From assembly GCA_964188305.1 (NCBI GenBank), contig OZ076885.1: a DNA stretch of 64,000 nt; one strand, 5' to 3'. The notes below the pieces were generated by a model, which worked only from the letters and a program-made list of their open reading frames with translations, had not been told where the DNA came from and did no database searches. This DNA is from Podarcis bocagei. Lineage: Eukaryota. Within the stretch, counting starts at the first letter, position 1; every line of letters begins with the position of its first letter. The translations under genes and the position numbers were made by a program. Below, piece after piece: positions 59,784-64,000 of the stretch.

Positions 59784-62700
59784 CCTATCTATCATCTATC
59801 TATCTGTTGGATGAAATCTAACATTGTGTGAGTGGGCTTTGCTTGCACAATAGGACATTTCCTTCCCTTGGGTCCCTTCCAACTCTATGATTCTATTATT
59901 CTCTCCTCCCCATAGCCTCTTCAAAACTCCCCTCCTGATGGATAGGCCATTTTACTGACAAATAGGCACAACTGGATCCTAGGCTGTGTTAAGAAGCCAA
60001 ATCACTTATTGTTGGCAAAGCGTTAACTCAACCCAAAGTAGCATGTTAACAGTTTATAGTTTAAACTATGTAAATGTCATGAAAAATGAGTCAAGGGAGA
60101 TACAGTACAAACTAATTTTCAAATCTGTTATTAATTATCTAGTTAACAGGGTGTAGCTTTAAATCATAAAAGGCATTTGACTCATACCTCTACTTTGATA
60201 GGAACAGATGAGAGAGTGTGTATGCGTATATCCTGAGTCTCATGCTTTATAATGAGAGTACGTGGACAGGACACTGGTTCCCTTGGGTCACAGTGATAGT
60301 TATCAATGTACACTCCAAAGTTGTCGATGGTTTTTACAATCTCTTCCACCAGGGTGTAGGTACAGTTGCCTTGGTAACTGTAGTAGAGGCCATCAAAGGT
60401 CTTATAATGTGGGTCTCCCCAGCCGGTGCAGTAGCCTTTAGAGAGACAATAAAATTGATTGGTTGGTTCTTGTTTGGCAGCACACATAGGAATATGAATA
60501 ACATTTTGTTTCAGGAAGGGGGAAGAGAGCCTAATGGCTCTTGCACTGAGAAAGTCTAGATGGAGTTTGTCACAGAAACTGTGACATTGAGTAAGAGACT
60601 GTCAGCCCCACTAGCAGCACTAATGGCTCAAGAAACTAGAATCTCCTTCTTGTGCGTATTACAATAACATCAAAACACAGGATGGCAAAGAAGCAATTTG
60701 TTTTAGATCTCCATTTGTATTATCAGGCATTATGTGCTCATTAGCAAAACATATATTTTTGACATTAGGGGCATGGCTTCCAGGTGCCACTCCCCCCTTC
60801 TCCTCTACCAGCCCCCATTTCTCCTCCTCTTGCGCCTCACCCTCACTTACTGTAACACAAAACATATTTTTTCTTTAACACCACTGGCACTGCTACTGCC
60901 ACTAAGAGGAGGATGGGAGCAGGGTGGCACATTGAGGAGAATGGGGGTGGGGGCAGTGCAAACCCCTTGTGCAGGACCTACTTAAAAGTGAAATTCTAAA
61001 AATAAGATACAAATCTTCAAGCTTTTCTGGAAGCTGTCTTTTTAGACCTGGAAGCCATGCCTCACATTGATTATTTTCAAAATAAAAAAAATTCCTTACA
61101 GTAGCACCTTAAAGACCAACTAAGTTAGTTCTTGGTATAAGCTTTCGTGTGCATGCACACTTCTTCAGATACACTGAAACAGAAGTTGCCAGATCCTTCT
61201 ATATATTGAGAAGGTGGGGAGGGGTATTACTCAGAAGGGTGGTGGGAATCGGAGATTGGCAGATAGCTGAGATGAGCCTGTTGACGACTCTTAACGACTG
61301 TAATAGGTCTTACAGGAAAAGGCAAGGGGTGAGAAGGTGAGAAATGGCTTAGTCATGTATAATGAGATAAGAATCCAATGTCTCTGTTCAGACCAGGTCT
61401 CTGAAGGACACTGAAGGAGCTGAAGGACACTGTTGGCATTTGATGGCATACACAATGTTAGACGATGAGCAATTAAATAGTCCCGAGATGGTATGTGTGA
61501 TGTTGTTGGGGCTGGACAGCCACCCAATCTTAAACAACTCCTAACCCACAATAATACTACAACCAGACTTAACACGGACACTGGCACCAGAGCCTGCAAT
61601 AAACCCAGATGCCAACTTTGCTGCCACATACACCCGGACAACACCATTACTGGCCCCAACAACATCACACATACCATCTCGGGACTATTTAATTGCTCAT
61701 CGTCTAACATTGTGTATGCCATCAAATGCCAACAGTGTCCTTCAGCTCTCTATATTGGACAAACAGGCCAAAACTTACGCCAAAGAATAAACGGACATAA
61801 ATCTGACATCAAGAATCACAAAACAGAGAAACCAGTAGGAGAACACTTCAATCTCCCAGGACATTCTATACAAGATCTCAAAGTAGCTGTTTTACTACAA
61901 AGGAATTTCAGAAATAGACTGGAAAGAGAAGCTGCTGAATTACAACTCATTACCAAACTTAAAACAATGGAGAGACCTGGTCTGAACAGAGACATTGGAT
62001 TCTTATCTCATTATACATGACTAAGCCTTTTCTCACCTTCTCACCCCTTGCCTTTTCCTGTAAGACCTATTACAGTCGTTAAGAGTCGTCAACAGGCTCA
62101 TCTCAGCTATCTGCCAATCTCCGATTCCCACCACCCTTCTGAGTAATACCCCTCCCCACCTTCTCAATATATAGAAGGATCTGGCAACTTCTGTTTCAGT
62201 GTATCTGAAGAAGTGTGCATGCACACGAAAGCTTATACCAAGAACTAACTTAGTTAGTCTTTAAGGTGCTACTGTAAGGAATTTTTTTTTATTTTGACTA
62301 TGGCAGACCAACACGGCTACCTATCTGTAATTGATTATTTTGTTACTGTGTGTGATAAGGGAAGAGCATTTCTTGCATATGTTTGCAGGCTCCTTTCAAT
62401 CCTTGCACCGAAAAGGGTTCAGAGGGTGAGCCATGAGCAGAAACTCCCTCACTCTATGTTCAAACATATGAAAGACACAAAATATCTAATTGCAGCTCTA
62501 CACTGATACAGGTATTCAAAGGGGAAACAAAAAGTTATATGATGCACTTATACTGCCATACATCCTGAATTTCCAGGACACGTCCTGGAATTCGCTTCCA
62601 AAAATGGCGTCTTGGATTATTTTCAGTAATCAGGCAAATGTCCTAGAAAACTGGCAACGGGCTAAATTGTGCCGAAAATGCCTAAGAAAGCTCCAAAGCT

Positions 62701-64000
62701 CAAAAATTATTGCAGTTTTTACTTGAGAAAGCTCAACAACTTTGAAATATGGCAGCCCTAAACTACACCTTTCCCCCTTGGGCATATGGATCCATTGAGA
62801 GAACACCTAACAGGTTTTCAATACAAACTCACAGTCACATTCCCAGTGCCAGCAGCAGTTATTCTTATCCATCACACGGACAGGAGCAAGCCCATTGGAA
62901 CATGTGGGCTCAGGTGGTGGTTCACACTTTATGGGTTTTAAAATCCAGTCCTCGTTTGAAATGCAAAAGGCCTGGACACAGTCACAAATCCACATAGATT
63001 CTCCAGGCTGTATTTGAGAAGAGAAGTGAGAAAATAAATGACCGTTTAAATAGAAGAATATTCATATCCAAATATACTGTATATATTAAGGGATCAGAAG
63101 AGTAACCAACCATTTCCTAGTCAATGTATGCCCTTGCAGTTTCATTCAAGTAATTCAACTGCTGGACTGAAGATTATATTCAGTGGTGTCTTGTATGGTT
63201 TTAAGTGCACACTGAACATTTTTGTGCACGCTCGTGGCTCTATTTGTGTTTTAAATGTAAAAGTGTAAAAAAATAAAAGTATAATATTCAACACTAGGGC
63301 TTTGCATACGATTTGGAATAAGACCCCAAATAGGACCAAATCAAATTGCTTTCTCTGAGGTTAGCACCAGATCACAAGATGGAAGAAACAGCCAAGGTAA
63401 ACCTTCTAACCTGTATGTGTAAAAGCCAGTTGCCAATGTTCTGCTCTAGCCTGACAGGTCCAAATGAAGACTATATGTAGTGATATTGCTTTACTTTTCC
63501 AACATATTGCATGACAAGCCTACCAAATGTGGATAAAATCCACATTTATTTTCTTTATAACTCAACACTCATCAGAAATTATTTTGTCTTTTTTCTTTCA
63601 TATGAACAGATAACTAACATTGGTATTATCTCTCTTTAAATTTATAGTTTGGACAATAGCAAGTAACAGTGGTAACTCACCCTTTTCAAGAGAAAGGAAA
63701 TATATGAAATTAACTTCCGAATAGGAAACTCATTGAACACATACTGATGGTAGCTTCCCTTTCAGTAACACTTTCAGCAACTTTTTTCATTTGAAAATGT
63801 TAAGAGAGCAGTTTGAGTTTTGAAAAGGGATGATCAAGAAAACTACTCAAAATAATTCAAGAAGATGTTCCTGTATTAATTTACAATGCATTAAAGAATA
63901 CTTACTAGAATAGTCCCATTCTCGAATGGACATGGTGCTGGTGTGGGTGTTGGTCCGGGTGTGGATTTCTCTGGACTATGACTTGGAGTTGTACTAGTAG
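42187..64000 (-). CDS. MUC2: Mucin-2, 3' part (end of PTS region, VWD4/C8/TIL, VWC repeats, C-terminal cystine knot); 17 exons, gene begins beyond the window
   Basis: Phase-consistent GT-AG exons: 63906-64000, 62833-63007, 60188-60435, 59395-59578, 58860-59055, 57682-57860, 56483-56552, 55339-55439, 53704-53735, 52557-52734, 51237-51341, 50810-50850, 48784-48906, 46596-46694, 45030-45158, 44056-44095, 43261-43399, 42187-42481. [35 protein letters not shown]...VDNFGVYIDNYHCD is characteristic of MUC2 VWD4. Confidence 0.9.
43261..43399 (-). CDS. MUC2: MUC2 exon, cystine-knot first half (CEGHC)
   Basis: AG/GT, 139 bp. Confidence 0.88.
44056..44095 (-). CDS. MUC2: MUC2 micro-exon DTIAYLPSGCCKT
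   Basis: AG/GT, 40 bp. Confidence 0.85.
44490..44843 (+). mobile_element. Sauria SINE
   Basis: tRNA-derived head with B box GGTTCGAATCC; tail CCTTTACCTT. Confidence 0.88.
45030..45158 (-). CDS. MUC2: MUC2 exon PGEQRSAPHDNCTIYSC...
   Basis: AG/GT, 129 bp. Confidence 0.88.
45640..45960 (-). mobile_element. L1/Tx1-like 3' end fragment
   Basis: WLLKMMESMELARLTAKNRD ORF2 C-terminus-like, then 3' UTR with AATAAA. Confidence 0.6.
46596..46694 (-). CDS. MUC2: MUC2 exon GHTLIHQDGECCGVCVQTSC...
   Basis: AG/GT, 99 bp. Confidence 0.88.
47500..48720 (-). mobile_element. Degenerate L2 LINE RT fragment
   Basis: VPQ..LFNIYMQPL..CPQDAEDTQ resembles L2 RT PQG/YADD region; boundaries approximate. Confidence 0.65.
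47993..48355 (+). mobile_element. Sauria SINE nested in an L2 fragment
   Basis: B box GGTTCGAATCC, (ACCTTT)n tail, 11-bp TSD TAGGGCTGGGT (47982-47992 / 48356-48366). Confidence 0.92.
48784..48906 (-). CDS. MUC2: MUC2 exon PGSQILGDKCQKCVC... (VWC)
   Basis: AG/GT, 123 bp. Confidence 0.88.
49146..49950 (-). mobile_element. Solo-LTR-like element, same family as 18815-19571
   Basis: Shared AATAAAGTTGTGGCC and a 29-bp identical core; right boundary approximate. Confidence 0.55.
50810..50850 (-). CDS. MUC2: MUC2 micro-exon EPKNVCVANGNEYT
   Basis: AG/GT, 41 bp. Confidence 0.85.
51237..51341 (-). CDS. MUC2: MUC2 exon CNATDC...GHCCPDHRC
   Basis: AG/GT, 105 bp. Confidence 0.88.
51530..51886. mobile_element. 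Tc1/mariner (pogo/Tigger-like) MITE, same TIRs, internal TTAGCGG repeats
   Basis: TIR and TA TSD. Confidence 0.88.
52557..52734 (-). CDS. MUC2: MUC2 exon FGEEFEFDCKKCSCLEGGSG...
   Basis: AG/GT, 178 bp. Confidence 0.88.
53704..53735 (-). CDS. MUC2: MUC2 micro-exon GCVGPDNIPRK
   Basis: AG/GT, 32 bp, phase-compatible. Confidence 0.85.
53784..54587. mobile_element. hAT (Charlie-like) non-autonomous element, ~800 bp
   Basis: TIRs CAGAGGTTTTCAACC / GGTTGAAAACCACTG; 8-bp TSD CATTAGGC/CATGAGCC (6/8). Confidence 0.75.
55339..55439 (-). CDS. MUC2: MUC2 exon ...EGCFCPEGTTLYDAGVDVCVKTC
   Basis: AG/GT, 101 bp. Confidence 0.88.
56483..56552 (-). CDS. MUC2: MUC2 exon VSCPSNRVYKACGPAQEETCKS
   Basis: AG/GT, 70 bp. 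Confidence 0.88.
57682..57860 (-). CDS. MUC2: MUC2 exon, C8 domain (FKKCHDAV...CIDWR)
   Basis: AG/GT, 179 bp. Confidence 0.9.
58728..58776. repeat. (AAAG)n microsatellite
   Basis: Direct reading. Confidence 0.95.
58860..59055 (-). CDS. MUC2: MUC2 exon GTCTNNTADDC...LCKLLLE
   Basis: AG/GT, 196 bp. Confidence 0.88.
59395..59578 (-). CDS. MUC2: MUC2 exon VWD4 (VLVNGN...NNTQGQC)
   Basis: AG/GT, 184 bp. Confidence 0.9.
59740..59805. repeat. (CTGT)n/(CTAT)n microsatellite
   Basis: Direct reading. Confidence 0.9.
60188..60435 (-). CDS. MUC2: MUC2 exon, VWD4 start with GDPH
   Basis: [15 protein letters not shown]; 248 bp. Confidence 0.92.
61135..61172 (-). ncRNA. Second identical hammerhead motif, sense to MUC2 pre-mRNA
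   Basis: Exact reverse complement of 62201-62238. Confidence 0.75.
61513..62020 (+). pseudogene. Penelope ORF C-terminus: Cys/His linker + GIY-YIG endonuclease
   Basis: CNKPRCQLC, IVYAIKC..C, YIGQTG..LRQRINGH, REAAE, GLN. Confidence 0.88.
62201..62238 (+). ncRNA. Minimal type I hammerhead ribozyme motif in Penelope pLTR
   Basis: GTAT-CTGAAGA-A-GTGTGCATGCACAC-GAAA-GCTT-ATAC. Confidence 0.75.
62833..63007 (-). CDS. MUC2: MUC2 exon PGESMWICDC...CCWHWECD
   Basis: AG/GT boundaries, 175 bp. Confidence 0.9.
63906..64000 (-). CDS. MUC2: MUC2 exon (end of PTS region, TSTTPSHSPEKSTPGPTPTPAPCPFENGTIL), truncated by the window edge
   Basis: Pro/Thr/Ser-rich frame ending at GTAAG donor (63901-63905). 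Confidence 0.8.

Larger units (their letters stand above)
61078..62329 (+). mobile_element. Penelope-like element, 5'-truncated with inverted pLTR copy
   Basis: 12-bp TSD ATTGATTATTTT (61066-61077 / 62330-62341); GIY-YIG ORF remnant; inverted arms 61078-61402 and 61971-62296. Confidence 0.92.

Noticed and set aside
60405-60425. GDPH autocatalytic cleavage motif as a novelty
   Set aside because: Well-known MUC2 VWD4 feature.
61149-61340. Identical 63-aa ORFs on both strands (also 62033-62224)
   Set aside because: By-product of the Penelope inverted repeat; non-ATG start.

Overview
Vertebrate genomic DNA, almost certainly squamate (lacertid-like: Sauria SINEs, Bov-B, CR1, Penelope). It covers part of the gel-forming mucin cluster, with both genes on the minus strand. 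(i) The last 17 exons of MUC2 (end of PTS, VWD4 with GDPH, VWC repeats, cystine knot; 64000 to 42187). (ii) About 4.3 kb downstream, the first ~28 exons of an ovomucin-alpha/mucin-5B-like gene (TATA, signal peptide, D1-D2-D'-D3; 37854 to at least 514). All exons were read by hand with GT-AG sites and consistent phases. The introns hold many transposable elements. Highlights: a young full-length CR1 LINE (1183-7719) with three 152-bp 5' monomers and a U_UUA_AAC slippery heptamer at the ORF1 stop that leads into ORF2 in the -1 frame. Its ORF1 is split by a complete 1.83-kb L1-mobilised non-autonomous element (17-bp TSD, poly-A, CpG-rich leader, one orphan 201-aa ORF). A Penelope element with a 12-bp TSD, ~325-bp inverted repeats and two minimal hammerhead ribozymes lies inside a MUC2 intron. 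The ovomucin D3 assembly lacks the VWF-C1142-equivalent cysteine. Family names come from recognising motifs by eye; no database searches were run.
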